Shown: piece after piece, positions 1 through 13,533 of the stretch | Layout of the letters: each line of letters begins with the position of its first letter | Position numbering within the stretch: the first letter of the stretch is position 1 | Source of the DNA: the human T2T-CHM13v2.0 reference genome, Homo sapiens | Length of the DNA stretch: 64,000 nucleotides | Direction: 5' to 3' (one strand) | Assembly (NCBI RefSeq): GCF_009914755.1 | Contig: NC_060925.1 | The notes under the pieces: model-generated | Databases searched by the model: none | What the model saw: only the letters and a program-made list of their open reading frames with translations | What the model was told of the DNA's origin: nothing | Position numbers and translations under genes: made by a program

Positions 1-1758
1 CAGTGAGACTATAACCGTACTGATTTCTCCTCAACTCCTTTTTTACTTCTTTTTCTCTCTATCCACCTCTTTTTCTTTCTCCCCTGAAGGTACCAAATGC
101 AACTCCACACAATTACTTCTTTGTTTTTTATACTCCTTGGGATATATGTGATATAATTGTTATTTAGTTTAGTGCTCCAGTTGTTCATAAGGACCTCAAA
201 GACTAATGTACATGTTTAGATATAGCTACACAAAAGCAAAGTATCCAAAGTTTAAGTCAATTCTCCATCTGAACTGCTAATTGGAATACTTCTCTGGAAA
301 GGGAAAGATTCACATTCTCCTTTGGCTGGCAGTTGGCCAGAGATGAAGATGTGAGCTTTGGACAAAGTCAACATTCTTGGCTCCTATTGCCTAGGTTTTC
401 ACTGGACCATAGTTATAATCTCATATGTCAATGGTGTGTGGTCCTATCTCTTCTTTGAGTGTGTTTTTTATATTTTAAAAATATTTTGAGCAGGTGCATG
501 TTGAAAGGACTTTGTGGTTAAAGATTGGAAGTTAAGTTGGTGTTGCTTATAATTAATTGAGCATGTAGTACCAGAAGGTAGATAACAATTGGGCTACAGC
601 AGAGGTTAACTTGCACTTTTTTTTTTTTTTTACAGTTTACAATAGATATAGACATTAAAGCTAAAGGATTATCAGAATTTAACTTCTGTTCAGATAGTTG
701 ACAACAGTTCCCTATGATAACTATGCTAATTTATAATTTCTTAAATACATAGTCTTTAGCATTGGCTCACATATGCCTTCTATTTGTGAATGTACTGAAA
801 GCACATCATCTCATAAAACTTTAAAAATAATTGTTTTGACTCTGGAGACTTAGTAAATATAATTCAAACCGAAGGATTTTTAAAAAACTTTTTTCCCTCC
901 TTTCTGGGGATGTTTTCTTGAGTTTGAAGAAGGTTAATTGCTAATTCTTTAGCATCCAAAGTGGCAGCTTCCTTATTATAATGCTATATCATACACTGGA
1001 ATGCCCCTTATCTGACATGACTGACTAATTATTAAAATACTTAATTTTTTTTCTCCAGCTGTTTGGTTTCTGAGTAAACAAATTGCTAAGTTCGATTGGC
1101 TTCCATTTGCACTTCATTGCTTCTTGACAGCAAATACTCCAAAAAATGAGTTGCCTCTGGGTGTTTATAATCTCTAAGGGCAGAAGAAACAAATGTGTGC
1201 ATGATTTTGCTAATTTGAAAACTAAAAACCACCCTCATTAAAAATCTAACACACTTTAAAACTATTGCACAATATGATTTCTTAAACTTTGTAAAGACAG
1301 TGTGTGTTCCTAGAATCCCCAAATTCATTAATTTGATATTGTAAGATGTGATTTTATTAAATGAAAGCAAAGGCGTTATCTTCAAGGAATTGATGTATTG
1401 ATGGCATACAAATATAGTTGTATGCAGACAATTCAGAATTGCCTTCATTCTGATTAGCCAGAGTTACATGATTAAAAAGTTAACTGGAGTACTGATTTAC
1501 TTTCTAACAGATTTAGTTCAGCCTGGTGTGGATGCATTTCAGAATCTGTGAAAAATGGAATCACAATGCTGTGACAGCAGCATTTCTGCCTGTGGTATCT
1601 GTGAAGCAGGTATTGTAACACACATCAGAATTGTAATTTGGTCACAGATTTGGTGGTTTCTTCAGCTCCCATGACCAGATTTATTTGTAGAGTTTGGACT
1701 TTTTTTGTTTCTGTCATGCCTCAGGGAAAGGATGACACACAATGTAGAGTTCAATATA

Positions 1759-2057
1759 TACCTGTCCCTTAGAATCTGTGGAGAATTAGTTCTAGGACCC
1801 CTGCAGATACAAAAATCCCCTGTGATTCTCAAGTCCTTTATATAAAATGGTATACTTGCATATAAGCCATGCACATCCTTCTGTATACTTTAAATCATCT
1901 CTAGATTATTTATAATACTAGGTAAATAGTTGTTACACTGTGTTTTTATTAGCGTTATTTTTAAATATTGTATTATTATTTTTTATTTTTCCAAATATTT
2001 TCCATCTGTGGTTGGTTGAATACACAGATGCAGAACTGGAATATGAAGGGTAGACTG
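1759..2057. mobile_element. MER2-type (TcMar-Tigger) non-autonomous DNA transposon
   Basis: Matches recalled MER2 blocks: 'ctcaagtcctttatataaaatgg', 'gtatactttaaatcatctctagatta', 'gtggttggttgaatacacagatgcagaac'. Confidence 0.85.
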
Positions 2058-2239
2058 CAGTTTTATGTAAGAACAAGATTGTGAAAAGAAAAAGAAATTG
2101 GAAATATACCTTAGACAGAAATGTACTTATTTCATTCTGTAGATGACAAAGTGGTCAGAAGGCTACTCTTTGAAGTTGTATAAACAACTTCAAAGATTGT
2201 TGAAACTTTGAAGATTCAAAGATTGGGTTAGAGACCCAG

Positions 2240-2400
2240 GGCTACCAGTTTTTAGCTCAATGATGTTGAGCAAGTTACTAGCGTGTAATAATAGTATCTA
2301 CCTCCTTAGGTCACTGTGAAGATAATGTCAAATATTGCATATAAAGTGATTAACCCAGAACCTGACAGAGACTAAGGTTACAGGAATTATTTATTGTTAT
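2240..2400 (+). mobile_element. Degenerate MIR SINE
   Basis: 'gagcaagttac', 'ataatagtatctacctccttagg', 'gcatataaagtgattaacccagaacctgac' resemble the MIR body and 3' end. Confidence 0.55.
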
Positions 2401-2689
2401 CATCATCATAATTATTGTTGTTGCTAATAGATGCCATACATTACATGTGAAAAGTCCACTACATGAATGCACATGAGGTTTTTCTTATTCTTTGTTAGGT
2501 CTTTAAGTATCTATGAAATGAGTGTCAGGGCTACAAACCACAGTGTCTCCATGAATTAAAGGTTAAGACAGCAGTACCAGAGTGGATTCAGGATAGGCTT
2601 TAAACTTTGGGAAGGCAAAGATTCACCTTGATAATAACAATGAAAATTCTTTTAAATTTATATAAATATGTTTTATTTCACCTTTTTTA

Positions 2690-2815
2690 CAGCCATATGA
2701 GTTAAGGGTTATCTTGTCAATTTTTAAGTAAACTGAAGTTTTAAGATGCTAAATTACCTGCCTAAGATCATGCAATAGGCAAAGCTAAAATTTGAATTTG
2801 GATTTGGTTGACTTC
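2690..2815 (-). mobile_element. Degenerate MIR SINE
   Basis: 'aaactgaag...aattacctgcctaagatcatgca...gctaaaatttgaa' resembles the antisense MIR core. Confidence 0.5.
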
Positions 2816-2902
2816 AGTGAAAAGATCCTTTTTTGTTCCTTCCTTTTTTCTTTTCTCCCTATCTTCCTTCCTATCTTCTTTCCTTCTCTGTTTTCTTTTC
2901 TT

Positions 2903-5900
2903 TTTTCATTTTTTTTATTGATATGTAATAATTATATGTATTTATGAAGCACATGTGATATTTTGATCCATATATATAACATGTAATGATCAAATTAGGG
3001 TAATTGAGATATCCATCATCTTAAGTATTTATCATTTCCTAGTGTTGGGAATACTCAAAATCTTCTCTTGTAGCTATTTTGAAGTATACTATGCATTCTT
3101 GTTAACTACAGTCATCATACTGGGTTATAAAACACAAGAACTTATTCCTTTCATCTGACTATTTCTATACCCATTAGCCAGTCTTTCTTCATCCCTCTCT
3201 TCTCCTTCCCCTTCCAAAACTTTGGCAACTACCATTCTACTCACTACCTCCATGATATCAGCTTTTTTAGTTCACATGCATGAGGAAAAACATGCAATAA
3301 TCTCTTTCTGTGCCTGGTTTATTTCACTTCACCTAATGTTCCCCAGACTCATTTGTGTTACTGCAAATGACAAAATTTCATTCTTTTCTTATGACTGAAT
3401 AGTATTGCATTATGTATATATACCACATTTTCTTTATCCATTCATTTGTTGGTGGACGCAAGTTGATTCCATATTTTGACTATTGTGAATAGTGTGCTGC
3501 AATGAACATGGGAATGCAGGTAATCTTTTGACATACTGATTTTCTTTCCTTTGTATGTATAACTGGCACTGGGATTATTGGATCTTATGGTATTTCTATT
3601 ATTAGTTTTTTGGGAAATCTTCATACTGTTTTCCATAATGATTATATGAATTCCCACCAACAGTGTGTGAGAGTTCCCTTTTCTCCCCATCCTTACTAAC
3701 ATTTTTTATTTTTTGTCTGTTTGATAATAGCTATTTTAACCTGGGTAAGATAATCTCATTATGGTTTTTATTTCATTTCCCTAATATTTAGTAATGTTGA
3801 GTATTTTTTCATATACTTGTTGCCTATTTGTAGGTCTTCTTTTGAAAAATGTCTATTCAGATCATTTGCCCATTTTTAATTGGATTATTTGTCTTTTATG
3901 TTGTTTAGTAGTTTGAATTCCTTATATATTCTGCTTATTGAACCTTTGTCAGAGGAACAGTTCAGTTTGTAAACATTTTCTCTCATTCTGTAGCTTGTCC
4001 CTTCGCTGTGTTGATTGTTTTGTTTCCTGTACAGAGCTTTTTAGCTTGAAATAATTGAATTTGTCTATTTTTGGTTTGGCTGTCTATGCTTTTGAGGTCT
4101 TAATAAAAAAAATCTGCCCAGACCAACATCCTGAAGCACTTACTCAATGTTTTCTTCTAGTAGTTTCATAGTTTCAGGTCTTACATTTAAGCCTTTCATC
4201 AATTTTGATGTGATTTCTATATGTGGTGAGATATATGGATCTAGTTTTATTCATCTACATATGAATATAGTTTTCCCAGACCATTTTTTGAAGAGACTGT
4301 CCTTTCCTCGGTGTGTGTTCTTGGTCCTTTGTCTAAAGTGAGTTGGATGTATTAATAAATAAATAAATTTATTTATGAGTTCTTTATTCTTTTCCACTGA
4401 TCTCTGTGTCTGCTTTTATGTATGCCATTACTGTGTTTATTTGGTTACTATAGCTTTGCAGTATATTTTGAAGTCAGGCAGTGTTATGCCTTCAGTTTTA
4501 TTCTTTTGGCTCAGAATTGCTTTGACTATTTGGGGTCTTTTGTGCTTTCTTACAAATCTTAGAATTGTTTTTTCCTATTTCTGTGAAAAATATCATTGGT
4601 ATTTTGATAGGGATTACACTGATTCTCTAGACCACCTTAAATAATATGGACCTTTTAACAATATTAATTCTTCCAATCCATGGATATAGAAGGGATTTCC
4701 ATTTATTTGTGTCCTTTAATTTCTTTCATTATGTTTTGTAGTTTTTATTGTAGAGATCTTTTACCTCCTGATTAAATTTATTACTAGGTATTTTTTTGTA
4801 GCTATTGTTAATGGGATTGCTTTCTTGATATTTTCTGATTATTCGCTAACACATATAAATGCTACTTATTTTATGTGTATTTTATATCTGGCAACTTTAC
4901 TGAATTTGTCTATGTGTTCTAACAGTTTTTTGGCTAAGTCTTGAGGATTTTTTTAAATATAAGATTATGTTTTCTGCAAAAAAAGACAAATTGATGTCTT
5001 TCTTTCCAATTTGGATGCCCTTGATTTTTATTCTCTTGGCTAATTTCTCTGGGTAGGACTTCCAGTACTATATTGAGGGAAAGTAGTGAAAATAGAGATT
5101 CTTATTGTGTTCCAGACCTTGGAGTAAAGGCTTTCAATTTTTCCCCATTTAGTATGAAGTTAGCTGCGGGTTTGTCATATACGACCTTTATTGTTTCAAT
5201 CTATGTTTCTCTTATATCCAATTTTTTGAGAGTTTTCCTCATGAAGAGATGTTGAATTTTATAAAATGATTATTCAGCATGGATTGAAATTATTATATTT
5301 TTGTTCTTTATTCTGTTAATGTGATATATCATGTTTATTGATTGATGTGTGTATGTTGAACCATGCTTGCATTCCTGGCTGAATCCTATTTGATTATGGG
5401 GAATGATCTTTTTGATGTGCTATTGAATTCAGTTTGCTAGTACTGAGAATTTTTACTTTTATGTTTGTTCATCAGGGATATTGGCCTGTAGTTTTCTTTC
5501 TCTCTTTTTTTTTTTTATGTTCTTACTTGGTTTTGCTATTAGGGTAATGATGGCTTCAAAGCACAAATGTGAAAGTATTTTCTCCTCTTCAAAGTTTTTG
5601 GAGTTTAAGTAGAATTGGTATTAGCTCTTTAAAAGTTTAGTGGAATTCACTAATAAATCCAGCAGGTCCTGGGCTTTTGTTTGGTGAGACAATTTTTATT
5701 ACAGCTTTGATCTTATTATTTGCTATTAGTATGTTCAGATTTTCTATTTATTCATGGTTCAATCATGGTAGGTTGTATGTGTCCAGAAGTTTATTTGTTT
5801 ATTCTAGGTTTTCCAATTTATTGGCATATTTATTGTTTCTTTATTGATTTTTTTTTTTTTTTTTTTGCCTGGATGGTATGCCCATTGCTAAAAGTGGGGT

Positions 5901-8900
5901 GTTGAAGTTCCCTACTGTTATTGTATTGCAGTCTGTCTCTCCCTTTAGATCTATTAATGTTTGATTTACATATTTGGATGATCCAGTGTTGGGTGTATAT
6001 ATACTTACAATTGTTATATTTTTATTATGAATTAACTTTTTTGTCATTATATAATAGTAATCTCTACTGATCATTTTTTATGTCTGTGCTATCAGTTGTA
6101 ATGTCTCTTTTTCATCTCTGATTTTATTAATTTGGGTCTTCTCTCTTTTTTTCTTAGTGTATGTAAAGTTTTGTTGATTTTGTTTATCTTTTCAAAAAAC
6201 TAACTTTTTAAAATTTATCTTTTGTATTGTTTTGTAGTCTCGATTTCATTTATTTCTTCTGTGATCTTTATTATTTATTTTCTCCTACTAATTTTGAGTT
6301 TGGTTTGTTCTTGATTTTCTGGTTCCTTAAGGTGAATCATTGTCTTGCTTATTTGAACTGTTTCTGCTTTTTTAATGTAGATGTTTATTGCTATAAACTC
6401 CTCTAGTACTACTTTTGCTGTATCTTGTAGTTTCTGGTATGTAGTGTTTCAATTTTTCATTTATTTCAAAAACTTTCAAAGTTTCCTTCTTAATTTCTTC
6501 TTTGACTCATTGGTAATTCAGGAACATGTTGTTTAATTTCTATGTATTTGTAAGATTCCTAAAGTTTTTCTTGTTATTGAATTCTGTTTTTACTCAATTG
6601 TGGTCAGAAAAGATACTTGATATGATTTAAACTTTTTTGAATTTATTGAAACTTGTTTTGTGGCCTAACATATGGTTATTCTGCAGAATGATCCATGTTC
6701 TAATGAGAAGAATATGTATTCTGTAAATGTTAGGTCCTTTTGGTTTAGAGAATAGTTGTAACTTAAATGTTTCTTTGTTGATTTTTTTTTTTTGTCTGGA
6801 TGGTATGTTCATTGCTAAAAGTGGGGTGTTGAAGTTCCCTGCTATTATTGTATTGCAGTATATCTCTCCCTTTAGATCTATTAATATTTGATTTATATAT
6901 TTGGATGCTCCAGTGTTGGGTGCATATATATTTATAATTTTTATATTTTTATTATGAATTGACTCTTTGTCATTATATAATGACCTTTTCTGCCTTTTTT
7001 CATAGTTTTTGAGGTAAAGTATATTTTATCTGATATATGTATAGCTTTTCCTTCTCTTCTTTGGTTTTAATTTATATTGAATATCATTTTCCATCCCCTT
7101 ACATTCAGTTTATGTGTTTCTGTACAGATGAACTGAGCTTTTTGTGGGCAACATATTATCAAGTCCTTTTTTTTAAATCTATTAATCCACTCTGTGTCAT
7201 TTAATTGAAGAATTTAGTCAATTTGCATTTAATTTTATTATTGATAGGTAAGTACTTACTACTGCCATTATGTTACTTGTTTTCTGGCTCTTTTGTTACT
7301 CCTGTATTCAATTCTTCTTTTCCTACTTTCTTCCTTTGTGGTTAAGTGATTTTCTCTGGTAATATATTTTAATTCACTACTTTTTATTTTTAGTGTATCT
7401 CTTAGAGGTTTTTGCTTTGTGGTTACCATGTGGATTACAGAAAAACATCTTTTAGTTATGAAAAGTAAAATAATAATGATGCGTTTGATCTAAAAAAATA
7501 AAAACAAATAATAAACTATAATACTACATATTTTATCTCAATTTCCACAACACTTTGACTTTTTGTTGTCTCAATTTATGCATTTTTAACATGGCTTATC
7601 TCTTATATTGTGGTAGTTATTATTTCTGATAGATTTGTCTTTTTATCTTAATACTAAATATATGAGTAGTTTACATATCACAATTACAGTATTAAACTAT
7701 TTTAATGTGTCTATGTACTTACTTTTACCACTGAGTTTTATACCTTCAGATTTTTTCTTGTTGAACATTAGCATCTTTTTCTTTCTAATTGAAAAACTTT
7801 AACATTTCTTCTAAGACAGGTCTGATGTTGATTAATTCAGCTTAGTTTTTTCTGAAAGTCTTTATCTCTCCTTCATATGTAAACGATAGTTTTGCTGAAT
7901 ACAGTATTCTTGGTGGACAGTTTTACTGCTTTCACACTTTGAATGTGTCATCCCACTTCCTCCTGGCCTGTAAAGTTTCTGCTGAGAAGTCTATTGCCAC
8001 ATGAATCAGAGCTCCCGAATACGTTATTTGCATCTTTTTCCTTTAGAATCCTCTCTTTGTTCTTAACCTTTCTGAGTTCAATCATTATATGTCCTGAGGT
8101 ATACTTATTTGGGTTGAATCTCTTTGGTGACCTTTGATTTTCCTATATCTAGATACTTATATCTTTCTGTAGGATTGGAAAGTTTTATTTTATTATTTCT
8201 TTGAATAAACTTCTGACTCCTTACAATTTTTCAGTTCCCTTTCAAAGGCCAGTCACTCTTAGATTTGCTCTTTTGAGATTATCCTCTAGCTCTTGTAAGT
8301 ATTTTTCATTCTTTTTTCCTCTGACTGTGTATTTTCAAATCTCCTGTCTTTGGGCTCACTTATTCTTCTGCTTGATTAATTCTAATATTAAGATCCTTCA
8401 ATAGATTTTCCAGTTTAACTTGTATTTCTTACCTCCAGTATATCTGTTTCGTTTTTAAAAATTATTTCAACCTCTTTATTAAATGTATTTGATAAATTTC
8501 TGAATTGCTTTTCTGTGTTACCTTGGAGTTCACTGAATTTCCTCAAACCTGTTATTTTGAATTATTGATCCAAGAGCTCACACATTGTCATTTCATTGGG
8601 ATCAGTCACTGCCTTCTTGTTTTTTACATTTAGGGAGTTCATGGTTCCTCATTTGCTCTTATTTCTTATAAACCTCTGTTTATATCATTGCACTGAAGGA
8701 TTAATCATTTACCTCCGTCTTTACTGTTTGGCTTGATTTATTTTTTCTAGTGCATGTCTCTGCATAGGTATTGTGTTGATTGAGTTCCCCTGGCCCGAGA
8801 TTGCTGCCTCTTTTATGGCACTAGATGGCTCCCTAAGCCTAGGTTTGCCGTGGCTCTTGCAAAAGTTAGTCTGCCCTTCCTGAATATTGGGGGATCCCAA

Positions 8901-9514
8901 AGATTACCCCTGGCTTTTCGGGAAGGCTGGCTAGATGTTTGTGGCCAGAGGACCCATGGAGCATGTACCCTACAGTATTATGCTGCTAAACAGCCTCCCT
9001 GATTTTGCCAAGTCAGAGAATAGCCACCTTTTTTTTGGCCAAGTCAAACAATAGCCACCACATTTTATGAGCTGAATGTTACTAGCCCCACCCTACTCTT
9101 TTTCTCTAGCTGCCCTCAGGAATTTTTGCCCTACAGGCCATTTACAATGCTTCCCATGGGTTGTGGCAGGAATGGTTATCATGCAAAACACAAAAACAAA
9201 AACCCCAAGATGATGGGGAACTTGGCTGTCTGCCTTGATTTTACTTTTCCCAGTGTAGAAACTGGAGTGTAGGGTGACTTTTCTGTGTGGTACCTAGCAG
9301 CTTCAGGAAGGGGCATTGCAGTTAGAGTGGTCCATTTCTTTTATCATCTGCTGGCAGATTTTCGCTTCTTTGTGATCCCAGTGATTGTCACAGACTTAAT
9401 TTTGAGTTCTGAGATATTTCTGGTGATCACCTTGGCACTAGGTGGTTGGTTTTGTTTTTGGAGGGGGAGAACAACCAAGAAAGCCAGATCGCTTCTACTC
9501 TTTTATTTTGGTGA
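2903..9514 (-). mobile_element. Near-full-length (~6.6 kb) old L1, L1MA4/5-like; ORFs destroyed
   Basis: Poly-T then an L1MA 3' UTR ('gatcaaattagggtaattgagatatccatc'), antisense ORF2 and ORF1 remnants (minus-strand ORF 5841-6074 is endonuclease-like: IYTPNTG, GNFNTPL), ending in the reverse complement of an L1 5' start ('cttctactcttttattttggtga'). Confidence 0.9.
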
Positions 9515-9965
9515 TCTCTCTCTCTCTTTCTCTCCTATGCATCACTGTCACTTTTGATATAGAGTTTTTGAAACTGTCTTCTGACATTGTAATTTTTCTG
9601 ATTAATAGCATAATTGTTTATGTTTGATAAGTTAAAATATAGAAAAGCACAAAATGATAAAAAGATAATCTGCAATCTTAACATCATGAGTTAGTCACCC
9701 AACCATTTTAGCGTTTATCTGCCAATCTCATAATTAACTAGTTGCTCCTTTTTGATGCATTATACTTTTAGCACATAGAGAAACTAGTTTTTGGCCCCTC
9801 TGAGCTTTTCCAGACCCCCTTTATGAAACCCTTTGGTCCTCGGCCTTGGTTGTTGGTACTGGTACAAGAAGAGGCATTTTTCCTTTGTTTTCAGTTTGCA
9901 GAACATCATGCTGGCAAGTGTCAAAGATAAAGTGGTAAGGACAAATGTTTTTCATCAATAACCTT

Positions 9966-10897
9966 TGGTAAAGAAGAAAAAATACTGTTTTTCCTCTACC
10001 CCTCTTAGGTTCATTGGCTGGAGCCTTGAGAATTAGACTGACAAAAGACAGATAAATAAACAGATTTATCAACAAATGTATGTGCATACCCATGGGAGTA
10101 CTCAAACATGAGTAATTGAAAGAGGTGGTGCTACGGTTTGAACACTTCTGTTCCCTCTAAAATTAATGTTGAAACTTAATCCCCAAGGAAACTATATTAA
10201 CAGCGTGGGCCTTTAAAAGGTAATTAGATCATGAAGGCTCCACCTTTATGAATGAGTATAACCTCATAAAGGAGATAAAGATAACTAGCTTTACCATTTT
10301 TGCTCTTTGGCCCTTCTCCACATGGGGACATAACATTCACCCCTTCAGAGAATATAGCATTCAAGTTGTTATCAAAAAACATCTTAGACTTCCCAACCTC
10401 TGGAGCTGTGAGAAAATAAATTTCTTTTCTCTAGCCAGTCTGTGATATTTCATTATAGCAATATTAATAGACTAAGACAGGAGTTAGAACTTGGGCTTGT
10501 GTAGGATCCCAACAAAAGAACAATACACATTTAGGGAATTGAGAAAACAAAAATAAAAGGACATAGAGTTTCTAGAGTGGCAAATCATGAGAAGGTAAAT
10601 ACATGGGGGAAACTAATGGAAGATAGGGCTAGTTAGTAAAGTTTATTGTGGAGTGTCCTCTGTTGACTTCCAGCTGACAAGGGTCTAAAATAGTCTTTGG
10701 TGATTTACTTCTGTTCTTCCTGTTACAGAAAAAAGAGGGGACATCTTTATCTTTACAAATTTATATTTTGTCTTTAGGCAAATAGGAAGAAGGCAGAAAA
10801 TTTTTCTTGTATCTGCTTTTTCTCAGTTGCCTTCAGTTCAAAATAATCCTCATGCTAAAGTAGCATATTTTGAAGTGGGATAGTCTTCTATCCTTCA
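9966..10897 (-). mobile_element. ERV1 solo LTR, MER34-group (middle element of the nest)
   Basis: TG...CA termini; 'ttcaaaataatcctcatgctaaagtagcatattttg' is the reverse complement of the MER34-type start; TSD cctt/cgtt. Confidence 0.75.
10129..10479 (+). mobile_element. MaLR solo LTR, MST (MSTB/C-like) (inner element of the nest)
   Basis: Starts 'tgctacggtttgaa', contains 'gttgaaacttaatcccc', ends 'gactaagaca'. Confidence 0.85.
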
Positions 10898-11876
10898 CGT
10901 TGCAATGGGGAAGAAGTTCCAGTATTAACTCAGCTTTGATTTGTACAGAGGTACTGGACATTTTTAAGGGAGAATGAGGGAGTGAGGAAGAGGAAAAAGT
11001 GGAGGCTTGAGCAGAAATCGTGTATTTAAATTGGTGCTTATCAGGAGGAGATGTGAACTTATATTTATGACAGAAGGTAGTGGTACATGTTGGAGCAAGA
11101 TGCCCATCAGGCTGGGAGAGAGAGTCAGAGTTATTTCCCTGAAGTTTGCATTTCAAAGAGACAGATCTCAGGTTCTTGAGAAGAAAGTTCTAGATGGTGG
11201 GAAACATCAGTCTCAAAAGCAGAAAGAAAGTATTATATTTACAACTTCAAGCTTTCAAGAGTAACTGCCCTAAGAGAGTATTCAGAGACCTGTCTATTAC
11301 CAGGTTTTGGCTGTAACAAACAATAAATTCCCCTGGAAGCACTGAGCTTTCTGAGGCAGACACCTTAAAGGGGGTTTGGGGATCAGGTCACCCCAGAAAC
11401 TGTGGTGGTGTTTGTTCAAGCCTCTTAGTGTTGGGGCAGGAAAATAATGGAATCATTTGTGCTGAGAGGCTGCAGTTTTATAGCCGAATATTGAGGTCTG
11501 GCCTAGGAGGGGGTTCAGAGGATCTTGACTAGGTTTGAACAAGGAGAGAATCTTTGTCACAAGTAAGGGAATGGTTTGGCTTATAAGTACCTGTCTTTAC
11601 AGAATATACGTCAATTGACCAAAGGGATGCCAATGAAAAGTTAAAAATTCTGTTAGTTAAAAAAAAAAAAACACATGTGTAGAACTGGGGAAAAGAAGAA
11701 AGAACCAGACCAGAAAATATTTCACTAAAGTCTAGATCCAATTAGCTATACTTAATTTGTCTATAGTTGGTATCTGATATAGATGATTAATTACATCATA
11801 AATATGAAAAGAGGGAATGCAGCCATGGTTGTATTGAGAATATATAATGGGAAGGGATGGGAAAGGTGAATGGTGC

Positions 11877-12717
11877 TGAAATGGGAAAATTTCCCTTATC
11901 CCCCTTGCAGGGTGTATGATGAAGGTGTGGCTCACTTATTTGATGCCCCGCAGCTCAAACTTCTAGGGGGAGCATGGAGATGGTCAGGTTGTGGGGCTCT
12001 GACCTCATAGCAGTGTCTAGGGGTGAATGTTTACGGCTCCTGAAGCCCCAGTGGGTGTGTGTTACAGTGTGCTCTTTTAGTTTTGCCGTGTGTAGGCAAC
12101 TTGTATTAATCAGCTCAATTAGACCCTTATCACAAGGACAAAGGGCTTTCTGTATCCCAGAGTTCTTGCCTTGGTGTGCTGGAAAAAATCAGATCACACA
12201 TGGGCTTGGAGAATGAATGCAAGAATTTATTGAATGGTGGAAGTAGCTCTCAGCAGATGGATGGGGAGCCAGAAAGGGGATGGAGTGGGAAGGTGGTTTT
12301 CCCCCGGAGTTCAGTCACTCAATGGCTGCACTCTCCTCTGACCACCCTGGGCAAATTCCCCTCAGCATCCACATTGTTCCACTGGTCGATGGCCTGCTGG
12401 TGTCTGCTGTTGCCTGTTGGTGTGCTCTTCTGTTCCTCTGCTCCTCTAGACGTCTAACTGCCTGTGTGCTCTTCTGCTGGTGTGTTCCTCTCGATGTCCA
12501 GCCACTTGTGTGCATGGCCACTAGAGTCTCAGGGTTTTTATAGGCACAGGATAGGGGGCATGGCAGGTTAGGGTGGTCTTAGAAAATGCAACATTTGGGC
12601 ACAAAAACAGGAGTGCCTGTCCTCACCTAGGTCCGTGGGTACAAGCTCGAGGGTGGAGCCCTCGCCAGGGACCCTGCCCTTCTTCTCCCAGCATTTTTCT
12701 GCCCTTCTCCCATACCA
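11877..12717 (-). mobile_element. LTR1-family (HUERS-P2) solo LTR
   Basis: TG...CA termini, perfect TSD GTGC on both sides; minus strand reads 'gggtccctggcgagggctccaccctcgagcttgtacccacggacctaggtgaggacaggcac'. Confidence 0.85.
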
Positions 12718-13109
12718 GTGCCACTCTTCTGCAAACTTTGATGAGAGATAATTGTGGAGAATCTGTTTAATTTGGATCTTTATGGTCACCTATCTAAAGT
12801 AAGTCTGACCCTTGAAGTTAATCTCATCTCATAGGATTTGATCATTCAACAGAGAGCAAGGATCTCAGGTACGCACATGCATGTATGTGTGTATAGGCAA
12901 ATGTATTCATAATGCCATTCAGTGTGTAAGTATCTATAGATAAATTATTATTTATATTTGTGTATATTTTTTGGCTCATTAAGGACCTTTTGGGGTTAGG
13001 GGACAAACCAGGCACTCTCTCTACTTATGTATATATTAAAAATTTTTTTTGTCACTTTTTTTAAAGTATCAAATATGTTGTTTCCTTTCTTTCTTTACAA
13101 AGAGTGTAA

Positions 13110-13533
<424 letters not shown>

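Larger units (their letters stand above)
9919..11559 (-). mobile_element. ERV1 solo LTR, MER67/MER31-like (outer element of a nest; pieces 9919-9965 and 10898-11559)
   Basis: TG...CA termini; perfect 4-bp TSD CAAG (9915-9918, 11560-11563); minus-strand start 'tgacaaagattctctccttg'. Confidence 0.8.

Noticed and set aside
1086-1448. 120-aa ORF in non-repeat sequence
   Set aside because: No recognisable domain or splice context; composition typical of chance AT-rich ORFs
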